DNA of 62,120 nucleotides, the filler included, from Candidatus Babelota bacterium (GTDB taxonomy: Bacteria; JAGOBX01), in the NCBI GenBank assembly GCA_017999075.1. It is 8 parts of 8 records of this genome, joined end to end, with 100 filler letters (N's around TTAATTAATTAA, not from the genome) between each part and the next. Parts side by side here need not be neighbours in the genome. Positions count along the whole stretch, not along the records: positions 39,269 to 46,868 come from JAGOBX010000160.1; positions 46,969 to 54,507 come from JAGOBX010000161.1; 6 more parts are not named here. One strand, written 5' to 3'. Under the pieces are notes generated by a model that saw only the letters and a list, made by a program, of their open reading frames with translations, was not told where the DNA came from and did not search any database. Positions within the stretch are counted from its first letter, which is position 1. Each line of letters starts with the position of its first letter. The translations under genes and the position numbers were made by a program. Positions 42,026 to 52,782 of this stretch are shown piece by piece.

Positions 42026-44140
42026 ATGAAAAAATCACTATTTTTGTTTTTCATCCTTTTTTTTATATTAGGTCATACACAAATTTTTGCGGAATCCGAT
42101 ATATCGTTAAAATCTCTTGAAGAGCTTATGGACATACAGGTAATTACTTCTTCTAAAGTACTTCAGCCTCTTTCAAAAACTCCGGCAACGGTTATAGTTT
42201 TAACTGACGAACAAATCAGACAGCGCGGTTATCAATGCCTTGACGATATCATAAATGATCTCCCTGGTTTTGATATGGTTAATGTATGGGGAACATGGCC
42301 TCTTCAATGGGCGCAGAGAGGAAATTACGGCGATGAAAATAAGAGAACATTATTTCTTGTTGATGGAATACTGGAAAACAATCTTATGGAAGGATCTGTT
42401 CTTGGAGGTCAGCAGTATTCTCTTCATAATATAAAACAAATTGAAATTTTATATGGTCCTGCTTCAGCCCTTTACGGAGCTAACGCTTTCGGAGGAGTAA
42501 TTAATCTTATCACAAAAAATGGTTCTGATATAAATGGAAATAAGGTTGAAGTCGGTTATGGTTCATGGAACACAAGATATTTAAAACTGCTGTCAGGATA
42601 TGAATTCAATGATTTTTCATATTCGCTTTCTTTCAGTATATTTTCTTCCGAAGGTCCGGTATTTTCAGAACGTCATCCTGAATATGATAACAGTTACATA
42701 GACGGGGCAAAATCAATATTAGGACGTGTAAAATTCAAGCACATAAAATTCGGATTTAACTTTTTTGACAGACCAATGGGCGAAGGAACATTCGGAAATG
42801 CTCCTACAGACGCATACGGGTTGCAGCCGTATGGTTATAATAACGAAAGCGCCGGCGGAAACATGGATGGTAAAATGGGACAGACCGGCAAAGTAACGAA
42901 ATGGGAACCTAAAAATACAACAATATTTTTAACTGCTGATAATAAAATAAACGAAAATCTCGATTTCAAATTTACAGTATCATTAAGAAACACTAAACTA
43001 GACGGTTTCGAAGATCAGTTTTATGATACAAGCTGGGGATTGGCAGGCGAAACTTCAGGTTTCTACAAACAATATTATTCACACAATTCTCTTACTGCAG
43101 GAGCAGAATTTCAATTAAATTATATAATTAATGAATATAAAAACATAATATTCGGGTTACAGTACGATAACAGTATCATTTCAAAAAATTACATTCAGGG
43201 AGATGTTTACGCTTCAACTCTTATCGGAGGAATAGATTCATTTTTTGAAGATGTTTCTGAAATCAAATCTAAAATTCCATATATAGGAGCAACCAACTAT
43301 GCATGTTATTTACAATATGAACACATTCCTGAATCTTATAGCAATATAAAGATTACATCAGGTCTAAGATATGACTATAATTCATTTTATGAATCTGTAT
43401 TGACTCCAAGAATAGGGCTGGTATTAGCCGCATCAAAAAAAATAAATATAAAAGCCTTTTATGGAGAAGCTTTTAGATCCCCAAATAATTTCGAGATGTA
43501 TTCTACATCAAATGTAAGAATATTAAATCCTGATTTAAAACCTGAAAAAGAAAAATCTTGCGAAGTGGTACTGGCATATACTCCACTGACGAATCTTACA
43601 GCAGAATGCAATATATTTTATAACAAATTTGAAGATCTTATTATTTCAAATGTTGATATCGGCGGCGGCAAAAAACAAAATAAAAATGCTGGGGAAGCAA
43701 GAGTAACAGGAATTGAATTAAAATCAAGATACAACACAAAATATAACATTTTTGAATTTAATTATACATACCAGAACCCAAAAAATATTACTGAAGATAT
43801 TCAGATAGCAAATACAGCTAAAAATAAATTTAATTTGATTGTTACATCAACTTATATTCCTTATATTAACAGTTCAATCACGGCAAATTACGTTGGAAAA
43901 AGATCCGTTATTTCCACAAATCCAAGAAATGGGGTGGAGGGATATATTAATTTTGATTTAACTTTTACAGATAAAAAAAGATTTTTTAAAGATAAACTCG
44001 GTTTTATGCTGAAAATAAACAATCTGTTTGATACTGACTATGACGATCCAGGAATGAGATCAGCTTCAGGCGGCTATTACAGTACAACTCATCCTCAGCC
44101 AGGAAGAAATTTTCTTGCCAGCTTGAATGTTCAGTTTTAA
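42026..44140 (+). CDS. TonB-dependent receptor
   Basis: LEELMDIQV.TSSK, IEILYGPASALYGANA.GGVIN plug, NPDLKPE, NNLFD, terminal Phe. Confidence 0.93.
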   Translation: MKKSLFLFFILFFILGHTQIFAESDISLKSLEELMDIQVITSSKVLQPLSKTPATVIVLTDEQIRQRGYQCLDDIINDLPGFDMVNVWGTWPLQWAQRGNYGDENKRTLFLVDGILENNLMEGSVLGGQQYSLHNIKQIEILYGPASALYGANAFGGVINLITKNGSDINGNKVEVGYGSWNTRYLKLLSGYEFNDFSYSLSFSIFSSEGPVFSERHPEYDNSYIDGAKSILGRVKFKHIKFGFNFFDRPMGEGTFGNAPTDAYGLQPYGYNNESAGGNMDGKMGQTGKVTKWEPKNTTIFLTADNKINENLDFKFTVSLRNTKLDGFEDQFYDTSWGLAGETSGFYKQYYSHNSLTAGAEFQLNYIINEYKNIIFGLQYDNSIISKNYIQGDVYASTLIGGIDSFFEDVSEIKSKIPYIGATNYACYLQYEHIPESYSNIKITSGLRYDYNSFYESVLTPRIGLVLAASKKINIKAFYGEAFRSPNNFEMYSTSNVRILNPDLKPEKEKSCEVVLAYTPLTNLTAECNIFYNKFEDLIISNVDIGGGKKQNKNAGEARVTGIELKSRYNTKYNIFEFNYTYQNPKNITEDIQIANTAKNKFNLIVTSTYIPYINSSITANYVGKRSVISTNPRNGVEGYINFDLTFTDKKRFFKDKLGFMLKINNLFDTDYDDPGMRSASGGYYSTTHPQPGRNFLASLNVQF

Positions 44141-44141
44141 T

Positions 44142-45689
44142 TTAATCAAGATATAAGTTTCTGATTCTCAAGAATTCTTCTATATTTTTTACAAAAACAT
44201 CTACTAATTGAGGATCAAAATGTTTCCCTTTCTGGTCTTTTATATATTCAACAGCTTTATCCACCGGCCAAGCGCTTCTGTAAACCCGGTCTGATGTTAC
44301 AGCATCAAAGACATCAGCTAAAGATGTTATCCTCGCATTGATATCAATTTCAGTTCCTTTAAGTTTATTCGGATATCCTGTCCCATCGTATTTTTCCTGA
44401 TGCTGAAGAGCTATAATTGCAGCTTCTCTGAAAATCATTTTATCCGCATTTTTAAGGATGGAATGACCTATTTTGGAGTGGGTTTTCATTATCTCATATT
44501 CATCAGGAGTAAGCTTGTCAGGTTTAAGAAGTATATGATCAGGAATACTGATTTTTCCAACGTCATGCATAATGGAAGCATACCACAATACATCTGCTTC
44601 CCTTTCATTCATTCCATAAAGAAGAGCAAGCATTTTAGTGTATTCCGCAACTCTTTTCACATGATTTCCTGTTTCTCCAGAACGGGCCTCAACTGTTTCT
44701 CCCAAAGTAATTATTATGTCTTTTTGAACTTCTTCAAGCTGCTGACTAAGGTTTAGATTATCGTATGCAATTGAAACATTGGCGCAGAATATATCTATCA
44801 GCCGTTTTTCCCATTCTGTAAGTTTTCTATTAGTCTCAAAAAAAACCACGTTATCTGAATTAAACTCGCTTTTAAAATATCCTATGTAATACTTATCAAA
44901 AAACTCACTTTTCCTCTGTTCAATAGATTGGCATAATTTCTGATAAATATCAGAAGTTAACGCTGTTTTGAGTGGCATATTTATTTGTTTTTCAAAATTA
45001 CCTGTTCCTGCAAGAATAATAAAATCTTTCCCGTTATTATCTTTAGTTGCAGCAAAAGCCGATGCGTGGCCGTAAAGAGCATTTTTTTTCAAGTCAAGCA
45101 AAGATATCAATTGCGTCAGCATTCCGTATGAAAATTGACGCATAGAATGCATAACAAATATATTTTTTGAAGCATCAATAATTTTTTCAAGTCCTTGCCT
45201 GTTCAAATCTATTATCAAAAGATCATTATATGATCTGAGCGCTGAAATTATAGTCGTAAATAATTTTCTGGAAGTCAGTTCTGTTTTACATTTATAATCA
45301 TTAATATCATAATTTACAATTATTGTTTCTTCAGGAGCCTGCCCGGGCTGACCCGTACGCAAAATAATACGCGTTAAAAGATTCTTAAGATCTTCCCTTA
45401 TGAATTTTACAAGAACAAGACCGGCATCATCTGATTCCATCACCACATCAAGAAGAATTATTGCAAAATCAGGTATATTGGAAAGAAGAGATTTTGCTTC
45501 AGAAGCAGAATACGCGCTGAAAAATTCAAGTTTTCTGTTGTTAAAAACAACTTCAGAAAGAACTATTTTAGTAATATTATGTACTTCAGACTCATCATCA
45601 ACAATAAGTATTTTCCATGTGTCGTCATGAATAAAATCATCAATATTCTGGTTTTCATCTGCAAATATCAAATCATCTTTTTCAGACAT
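44142..45689 (-). CDS. Response regulator with DUF3369 and HD-GYP phosphodiesterase domains
   Basis: ILIVDDE, LLDVVME, RTGQPG, HDVGK, DGTGYP. Confidence 0.92.
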   Translation of the reverse strand: MSEKDDLIFADENQNIDDFIHDDTWKILIVDDESEVHNITKIVLSEVVFNNRKLEFFSAYSASEAKSLLSNIPDFAIILLDVVMESDDAGLVLVKFIREDLKNLLTRIILRTGQPGQAPEETIIVNYDINDYKCKTELTSRKLFTTIISALRSYNDLLIIDLNRQGLEKIIDASKNIFVMHSMRQFSYGMLTQLISLLDLKKNALYGHASAFAATKDNNGKDFIILAGTGNFEKQINMPLKTALTSDIYQKLCQSIEQRKSEFFDKYYIGYFKSEFNSDNVVFFETNRKLTEWEKRLIDIFCANVSIAYDNLNLSQQLEEVQKDIIITLGETVEARSGETGNHVKRVAEYTKMLALLYGMNEREADVLWYASIMHDVGKISIPDHILLKPDKLTPDEYEIMKTHSKIGHSILKNADKMIFREAAIIALQHQEKYDGTGYPNKLKGTEIDINARITSLADVFDAVTSDRVYRSAWPVDKAVEYIKDQKGKHFDPQLVDVFVKNIEEFLRIRNLYLD

Positions 45690-45778
45690 TCAAACACCTC
45701 AAAATAAATTTGTAAAACAAACACAAAAATATTAGTCTTATAAAAGTATGCTGTGAATTCATTTATAACGCCGCATTT

Positions 45779-46868
45779 CTATAAATTTTTTTCTCTGCCT
45801 ACAGTCTTAGGTATTATAATAATAAAATTAACTCCTTCTCCTTCAACACTTTCACAGGTGATATCTCCACGTAATGTTTGAATAATTATGTTGTACAATA
45901 TGTGCAAACCCAACCCGCTGCCCCCCTGTCCCTGCTTTGTAGTAAAAAATGGATTAAAAATTTTATTCATATATTCATGAGGAATACCTTTTCCGTTATC
46001 TGAATATCTGAAAATCAGGTGATCATGATACATTTCAACATCAAATTTTATGGTGCCGTTATCTATTCCATCAAATCCGTGCATAAGAGAATTCATAATA
46101 AAATTTGTAATAATCTGTGAAAATGCTCCAGGATAACTGTCAATTTCAATAGATTCGTCGCAATTTACTATAACAGAATGTTTTGTGTGTTTCAATTTAG
46201 GTCTAAGGCTTAAAATCATTGAATCAATATATTCTTTAAGTTTAAAAACCCTTTTTTCCTCAGAAGACTGACCTACTGCTATTTTTTTAAAACTCTGGAT
46301 CAATTCAGCGGCTCTGCTAAGATTACTCAAAATTATATGATTGGTTTCTTCAGCTACGTTCAGATATTTTTCAAGATCTGACTTTTTCATAATATTATTT
46401 TTGAATTTGTTGCAGAGTTCTGTTGTTTTAGTTTCCAAATGGGATGCTGCGGTTACGCCTACTCCTACCGGAGTATTTATCTCATGCGCTATACCTGCCA
46501 CGAGATTACCAAGAGCAGCCATCTTTTCCGATAAAATCAAATGTTTCTGGGTTTTTTTTAAAGTATCTAAAGCCTGATTTAATTCCTGATTTGCTTCTTT
46601 AAGTTTTACAGTTCGTTCTTCTATTTTCATTTCAAGTTTTTCGTTAAGATTTTTCAATTCATTTTTAGCCTCGTTTAAAGCTGTTTCTCTATGCTGTATC
46701 TGTTCTATCATAGCATTAAACCCTTTATAAAGCGTACCTAATTCATCACTGCGTTCTTCATCCAGCCTTAAAGAATAATTTGACGTTTCACCTATGCGCC
46801 GCATAACAACTGCCAATTTTAACACTGGCCTTGAAACAACAGATTGAAGACGCGCGGCTATTATATAT
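45779..46868 (-). CDS. HAMP + sensor histidine kinase, 5'-truncated
   Basis: DELG.L..GFN.M, VAGIAHEINTP, N...N...HG, DNG.G, PFFTT, GLGL. Confidence 0.92.
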
Positions 46869-46968
46869 NNNNNNNNNNNNNNNNNNNNNNNNNNNNNNNN
46901 NNNNNNNNNNNNTTAATTAATTAANNNNNNNNNNNNNNNNNNNNNNNNNNNNNNNNNNNNNNNNNNNN
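46869..46968. other. Artificial contig linker
   Basis: N-TTAATTAATTAA-N. Confidence 0.98.
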
Positions 46969-49900
46969 ATAGTGTATATCTGCTTTTTTATTTTTTGCTT
47001 TATTTTTTTTAACAAGCAGGGTTATTGCTATAGGCGTGCGCGAACCAGAACCAAATAATTTACCGCCTTCTTTCCGTGATAGTTCTCCGCTTGTTCTTTG
47101 ATTCCCGCGCAGATTAAAAATATAGATTGTTGAGAATTCGCGTTCAAGACATTTTCTGAAACCGTCCTGCGAATTTCCATCAAGCCACGCGCCGTTTGAA
47201 ATAAAACAGATTATCCCGCCGTGTTCTTTATCCAGTCGGTCAGATGCCCATCTGAATGCTTTGATATAAGCATCGTATAAAGATTTATTCAAGCCGGCAT
47301 TTGATTCTGCGGCGTAAGTTTTTTCGATGCGCCTGTCAAGGTTTGGATAGCTTTGATTCTGAGCATTGTCATTCGCAGATTTCTGACCTATTGAATACGG
47401 CGGATTGCCGAGTATTACGCGTATCGGAGATTTGCGCTGTTTGGTTACGCGTTCGGAATTTTTCGGAAACATTTCAGAGAACAGTGAAGCGCCTTCGGCT
47501 GATTCGCCGAGTTGAAAAGTATCAGTCAAACAAATACCGTCAAATGAAATATAATCCTTTGATTTTTCACTGATTGAATGAAAAGCATTTTCAATGTTTA
47601 TTGCGGCAATGTAATACGCGAGCAGCACAATTTCATTAGCGTGCAGTTCTTTGGTATATTTGCGTTTCAAATCTTTTTTGTCAATCAATCCGCTTTGCAG
47701 AATGCGCGTGATAAAAGTGCCTGTGCCAGTGAACGGGTCAAATATATGAACATTATTATCAGTTAAACCGCAATTAAATTCTTTCTGTAAAATATCATTG
47801 ACAGAATTGATAATAAAATCAACTGCTTCAACCGGCGTATAAACAATCCCGAGTTTTTCAACCATTTTCGGAAATGCGGCTTTGAAAAATTTATCGTAAA
47901 GTTCGATGATAATCCGCTGACGGCCTTCGGCGTTATCAATACCTGACGCGCGTTTCCTGACTGATTCGTAAAATTTATCAAGCGTCTTAATATCTTTTTC
48001 AAATGCCTGTTCTTCCAGTAAATCAAGCATTTTCTGCATTGACACTGAAATAGGATTATTTTTGACAAACGAATAATCTTCAAACAACGCTTCAAAAACC
48101 GGTTTTGTGATTATATGCTGGGACAGCATTTCAACCGCTTCCTGCTGTGTGATGCTTGGATTGATATTATCCTGAAGACCTTTGAGAAATTTTGCAAACG
48201 CCTGTTTATGCGAGCCGTCCTGTTTGATTAAAAGATTTATACGCGCTGTGTGTTTATCAGCAATTTCAGCAACACTATGCGCCCACTGTTCCCAATAGCG
48301 TCTATCGCCAACTTTCTGAACCATCCGCGCAAATACAACACTCTGCAACTGTTCAAACTGCAAGTATAATTGCTCGTTAATTTCAGAATTCTTTTTATCT
48401 GCGTTTGATGCTGAATTCGGTTTTCCTTCTTCGTCAAAATAATTATCAGGTCTGCCTACTAAAATCTGGTCAGTCCGTTTTCTGTTTAATTCAATTTTAT
48501 TTATTGTAGCGTTGAATCTGTCATCGTGCGCGCGCAACGCATTAAGAACAGTCCAAACAACCTTGTAGCGTTCGTTATCGTTCAGCGCCTTGTCCGCTTC
48601 AATATTTGACGGAACAAGAACCGGAATAATTATATAACCGTATTTTTTATTCGGCGCTTTACGCATTACTCTGCCGACTGACTGAACAACATCGACCTGC
48701 GAATTTCTGGCTGATAAAAACATAACAGCGTCAAGCGACGGCACATCTACGCCTTCGCTCAGACATCTGACATTCGTGAGAATTCTGCATTCATTTACAG
48801 AATCATTGTTATGCGGTCGGGGACCGCATTTTATAGTATCTGATTTCAGCCAGCCAAGCAGTTCATCGCGCTGAGGCGCTGACATTGTTCCGTCAATATG
48901 CTTTGAGGCAACTGAAATCATTTTATCTTTTTTATCAGCGGGCAGAGAATCAATATAAATAGCAGTCGCTTCATTAAATGTATCAGTAATTTTTTTTGAT
49001 GCTATAATTTTCGGACAGAACGCTACCGCTCGTTTCATTGGGTCAGGGTCTGTTTCCTTGATTATTCCGTTGTCGCCGAGTATCTGTTTAGAAATCGCAT
49101 TTATACAGCCGATAAGTTTTGACGCGTCGTCAATATCAATTTCATTTTCTTTATCTGAAATCATTTTTTGAATTGCAGGCGGCACATCGTTTTCGTTCAT
49201 TGTCAAAATCAGAACTTTATAATCAGTGAGCAAACCGCGCTCAACTGATTCGCCGAAACCGATTCTGTAAATTTCTTCGCCGTATAATGCAGCATCGTCC
49301 ATAGAACATAAAATAGCGTCTGCCTGCGCTGCTTTGCTTTTTGCATCATCACTGTATAATCGAGGCGTTGCGGTCATATACAATCTTTTTTTTGCTTTGA
49401 TAAAATTATTATCGTGAACTTTTATGAACGCCGACGCGTCTTCATCAGCAAGCGAAACGCCGGTCGTGCGGTGCGCTTCATCGCAGATAATTAAATCAAA
49501 TTCAAATAAATCTGCATTTGATTTTTGTAAATTTTTATGCAGATATTTCTGCGCTTTTGCAATAACATCTATTGATTGATAAGTTGAAAATACAACTGTC
49601 ATACCGGCAGTTGTTTTATTTGAAAGACGGCGGCTTATATCTTTGACATTTGTTGACGCGGGCAATGCTAAATCAATTACGCTGAATGTATCTGTATCTT
49701 CGTTTTTAGTTTTCTTTTTTGAAACTTCAGGGTCTGAACAAATACAGATTGCGTTTATCGGCTCTGAAGAATCAGCCGACCATTCGCGCAATGTCTGACC
49801 AACAAGCGCAATCGAAGGCGCGAGAAATAAAATCAGACCTTTGCCGTTAGTTTCGTTTTCAGCGATTTTAAGGGCAGTGAATGTCTTGCCGGTTCCGCAC

Positions 49901-50505
49901 GCCATAATAAGTTTGCCGCGGTCAAATTCCTTGAAATATTCGTTAGTTTTTTCAAGCGCTTCTTGTTGATGAGGAAATAATTTTTTTTTTGCCAAGCGAG
50001 AATCTTCGCCTGAAATGCCTTTGTCAAGTTTTATCCAGTCAACTGCGGACTGCTGTAAATCATAAAGGTTCAAGCGCGTAACTGGCGGGTTCTGATTTTT
50101 TAAAGTTTCTTCAGCGTTTGAACTCCATTTATTTGTTGTGGAAATCCAGAGCCGCTGCGCGAAACGGACGGTCTGCATATCTTCGTTTTTAAATTCTTTA
50201 CTTGAAGTGGAAAGAAAAGTATCAACTGCTGCTTTGTCTATTGCAGTGTCTTCAGCAAAACATTTGCACTGAACTGCCCAGTAATCGCAGTCGATAGTTT
50301 GCGTCACCAAATCAATACCCGAATCAATGCCTCCGAATTCCGAGCGGAACGGAAATTCATTCCATAGCCATACATTTTTTAAAGTGTAAGCATATTTCGG
50401 ATCAGTTTTGAGATACGCCTGAATTAATCGTTCAAAGCGGTCTCCTTTGTCGCGTTGCGAAAATGCAAGTTTCCTGTATTTTTCGATGATTTTATCGAAT
50501 GACAT
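46969..50505 (-). CDS. Type ISP restriction-modification enzyme (Mrr-like nuclease, SF2 helicase, N6-adenine MTase; LlaGI/LlaBIII-like), 3'-truncated
   Basis: GIDL..AVQCK, MACGTGKT, DEAH, TATP, Q.VGR..R, DPFTGTG, NPPY. Confidence 0.92.
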
Positions 50506-50681
50506 TATTTCCTCAATATGTATTCTTGGTTAAAAGTATATGCAACCAACTGAATTGTCTCTACAATGTCGAGACAATCTTTAAATGATAAGGTATAATA
50601 AAAATTTAAAAAATCAAATAAATATTATTATAAAATTTCTGAATATCATCGCTGAATATATGCCAAATATTTGAAAATGAT

Positions 50682-51009
50682 ATTGACAAGAAAAGTCAAT
50701 ATGCATCTTTCTGATATTGACAAAAAAAAATCAATATGCGTTGATTTGACATTGACAAGAAAAGTCAATGTGCTTCTTTCTCAGATTAATAAAAAACATC
50801 AATATGCGCATCTTTTAATATTGACAAGAAAAGTCAATGCGCTTCCTTTCTGATATTGACAAAAAATATCAATATGCAATAATTTAAAATTGACAAGAAA
50901 AGTCAATGTGCTTATTTCTCAGATTGACAGGAAATGTCAATGTGCTTATTTCTGAAATTGACAAGAAAAGTCAATATGCTTCTTTCTGATATTGACAGAA
51001 AAAATCAAG
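50682..51009. repeat. Tandem array of 10 palindromes ATTGAC-N7-GTCAAT, 34-35-bp period
   Basis: Unit starts 50682, 50716, 50751, 50785, 50820, 50855, 50889, 50923, 50957, 50991. Confidence 0.95.
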
Positions 51010-51155
51010 AATTTATTATTAGTCTGTTCTCGTGATTTTTTTCAATACGAGTATTTTTTACCGTATATTCAAAATAAATAAAATCACCAACCTGTCAGAT
51101 TTGGTTTTTTCAATTAAGAATAATTTATGCTGGCCAAAAGAGATTAAATAATAAA

Positions 51156-51201
51156 TTCCCCAACTTCTCACATGTATCTGCGTAACTTGAAAAGTCGGGG
51201 G
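51156..51201 (-). terminator. Probable intrinsic terminator
   Basis: Imperfect hairpin CCCCGACTTTTCA...TGAGAAGTTGGGG followed by a T-rich tract after the small basic gene. Confidence 0.45.
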
Positions 51202-51218
51202 TTGATATACGCGGTTTG

Positions 51219-51401
51219 TTATTTCTTTTTCGCCGCTGCTTTTTTGACCGGAGCGGCTTTAGCTGCTGCCTTTGCTGCTACAATGTCCGCATTAACTTTT
51301 TTCAATACTTCTTTTGCTTCTGCTGATTCTTTACTCAACTTAGCTACTTTTGCTGTTAGCTGTGCTTTCTTTTGTTCTAACTGTTTCAATGATAATGTCA
51401 T
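51219..51401 (-). CDS. 60-aa Lys/Ala-rich histone-H1-like protein
   Basis: AGGAG RBS; MTLSLKQLEQKK...AAKAAAKAAPVKKAAAKKK. Confidence 0.75.
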   Translation of the reverse strand: MTLSLKQLEQKKAQLTAKVAKLSKESAEAKEVLKKVNADIVAAKAAAKAAPVKKAAAKKK

Positions 51402-51444
51402 GTTAAATCTCCTTGAATATATTAAAATAAAAAATATTTTCAAA

Positions 51445-51807
51445 CTATTTAGTTTTAGCTTTTTTCGCTGATTCCTTGAACGCTTTGCCAAAGGAAAATT
51501 TAGGAACTTTTGTTGCTGGTTTTGCTGCGATAGTCATTTCCGCGCCTGTCAAAGGATTTCTGCCCTGACGTTTTTTTGTCGCGGGTCTAACACGGACAAA
51601 GAACTTTCCTACGCTGCCGAACGGAATGCGTGAACCTGTTAATACACCCGCACTAATAACTTCAATATAAGCTTCTACAGCCGCCTTTGCCTGTTTCTTG
51701 GATAACTCAGCCTTTGTAGCAACAAAATCAATCATCGAGTTTCCTGTGAATTTTTCCGGGTATTTAACTTTAGCCGGAACAACTGCTTTCTTTTCAACTT
51801 TTGCCAT
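51445..51807 (-). CDS. HU-family DNA-binding protein with basic tails
   Basis: GGAGG RBS; LSKKQAK, G.F.V..RPA...R.GRNP.TG..M.I.A, PKF. Confidence 0.9.
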   Translation of the reverse strand: MAKVEKKAVVPAKVKYPEKFTGNSMIDFVATKAELSKKQAKAAVEAYIEVISAGVLTGSRIPFGSVGKFFVRVRPATKKRQGRNPLTGAEMTIAAKPATKVPKFSFGKAFKESAKKAKTK

Positions 51808-51903
51808 AATTTTAAATCCTCCAAATAAATAAAAAATTATAATATTATTTTTATACCTGAAAAACATTAAAAATCAAGGGAATACTTCATTTTATTTTAA
51901 AAT

Positions 51904-52278
51904 TCAAATCCGCGGATAGTCGGGACATAAGTCTTTCAGTATGAAATTATAAGTTTCGTCTTGATGATTTTGAATGATTACCGTGCTCGCTGCATCGCAA
52001 AATTTCAACAGCCAGTCGCGGCAATTTCCGCAGGGCGTGAAAAAGTTAGCGTTCGCAACAATAGCGATTTTTACGCCTTTACTTTTTGTTTTCACTAATT
52101 GGACGACAGCGCAAACTTCCGCGTGAACGCCGTTACTCCAAGGTCCGCCGACATTCCAGCCGAGTATGATTTCATCAGTTTCCGTTGCTATCGCGCAGCC
52201 GACTTTGATATCGCCTGACGGCGCTGCGTATTCGCGCGCTTCCCATGCTTTTTTCAATAGAGTTTCATTTTCAATCAT
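51904..52278 (-). CDS. Cytidine-deaminase-family zinc protein
   Basis: VGCAI, HAE, PCGNCR; ATG 52278 with AAGGA RBS preferred. Confidence 0.85.
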   Translation of the reverse strand: MIENETLLKKAWEAREYAAPSGDIKVGCAIATETDEIILGWNVGGPWSNGVHAEVCAVVQLVKTKSKGVKIAIVANANFFTPCGNCRDWLLKFCDAASTVIIQNHQDETYNFILKDLCPDYPRI

Positions 52279-52405
52279 TTTATTAATCCTTGAAACATTT
52301 AAAAATTTTGATGAAAAAATTAATACATTATTTTCTGGCATTTGTCAATTTACTTGATTAGCCATATTAATTATTTACAGCGTATTTTCAAATATAAAAA
52401 ACGAG

Positions 52406-52529
52406 ATTGACAAGAAAAGTCAACTTTTGTTTGTTTGAAATTGACAAGAAATGTCAATGTGCGTCTTTCTCAGATTGACAAGAAAAGCCAATGTGCTTAT
52501 TGTTTTTGATATTGACAAAAAATGTCAAT
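52406..52529. repeat. Second array of 4 ATTGAC-N7-GTCAAT units
   Basis: Starts 52406, 52440, 52474, 52511; same orientation as the first array. Confidence 0.93.
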
Positions 52530-52782
52530 GTGTATAGGGCATTAAACAATAGCATTAAACCACATTAATATTATTATATGGTTTTCGACGCGGCTTCGTT
52601 CATCTTGGCGTAAGACGCCGTTGCGTTTTAATGTGATTTTTCTGCCAGCCTGCAACAGCGTTTACGCCTTGAAAGTTAGCTGCCGTACTTATTCTTTAAT
52701 TTGTTCTCTAATATATAAATAGCATTATCCGTTAATAAATCTTCTGATACAAAAGCATTTAAAGAAATCAAAGAACCTTTAG

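Noticed and set aside
50671-50853. 60-aa repetitive ORF
   Set aside because: By-product of the tandem array; the period is not a multiple of 3 and there is no RBS
50682-51009. CRISPR array
   Set aside because: Spacers are only ~15 bp and similar to each other, repeats alternate in sequence, and no cas genes are on the contig
51172-51471. 99-aa plus-strand ORF (and similar short antisense or nested ORFs across the window)
   Set aside because: Shadow of better-supported genes on the other strand or frame
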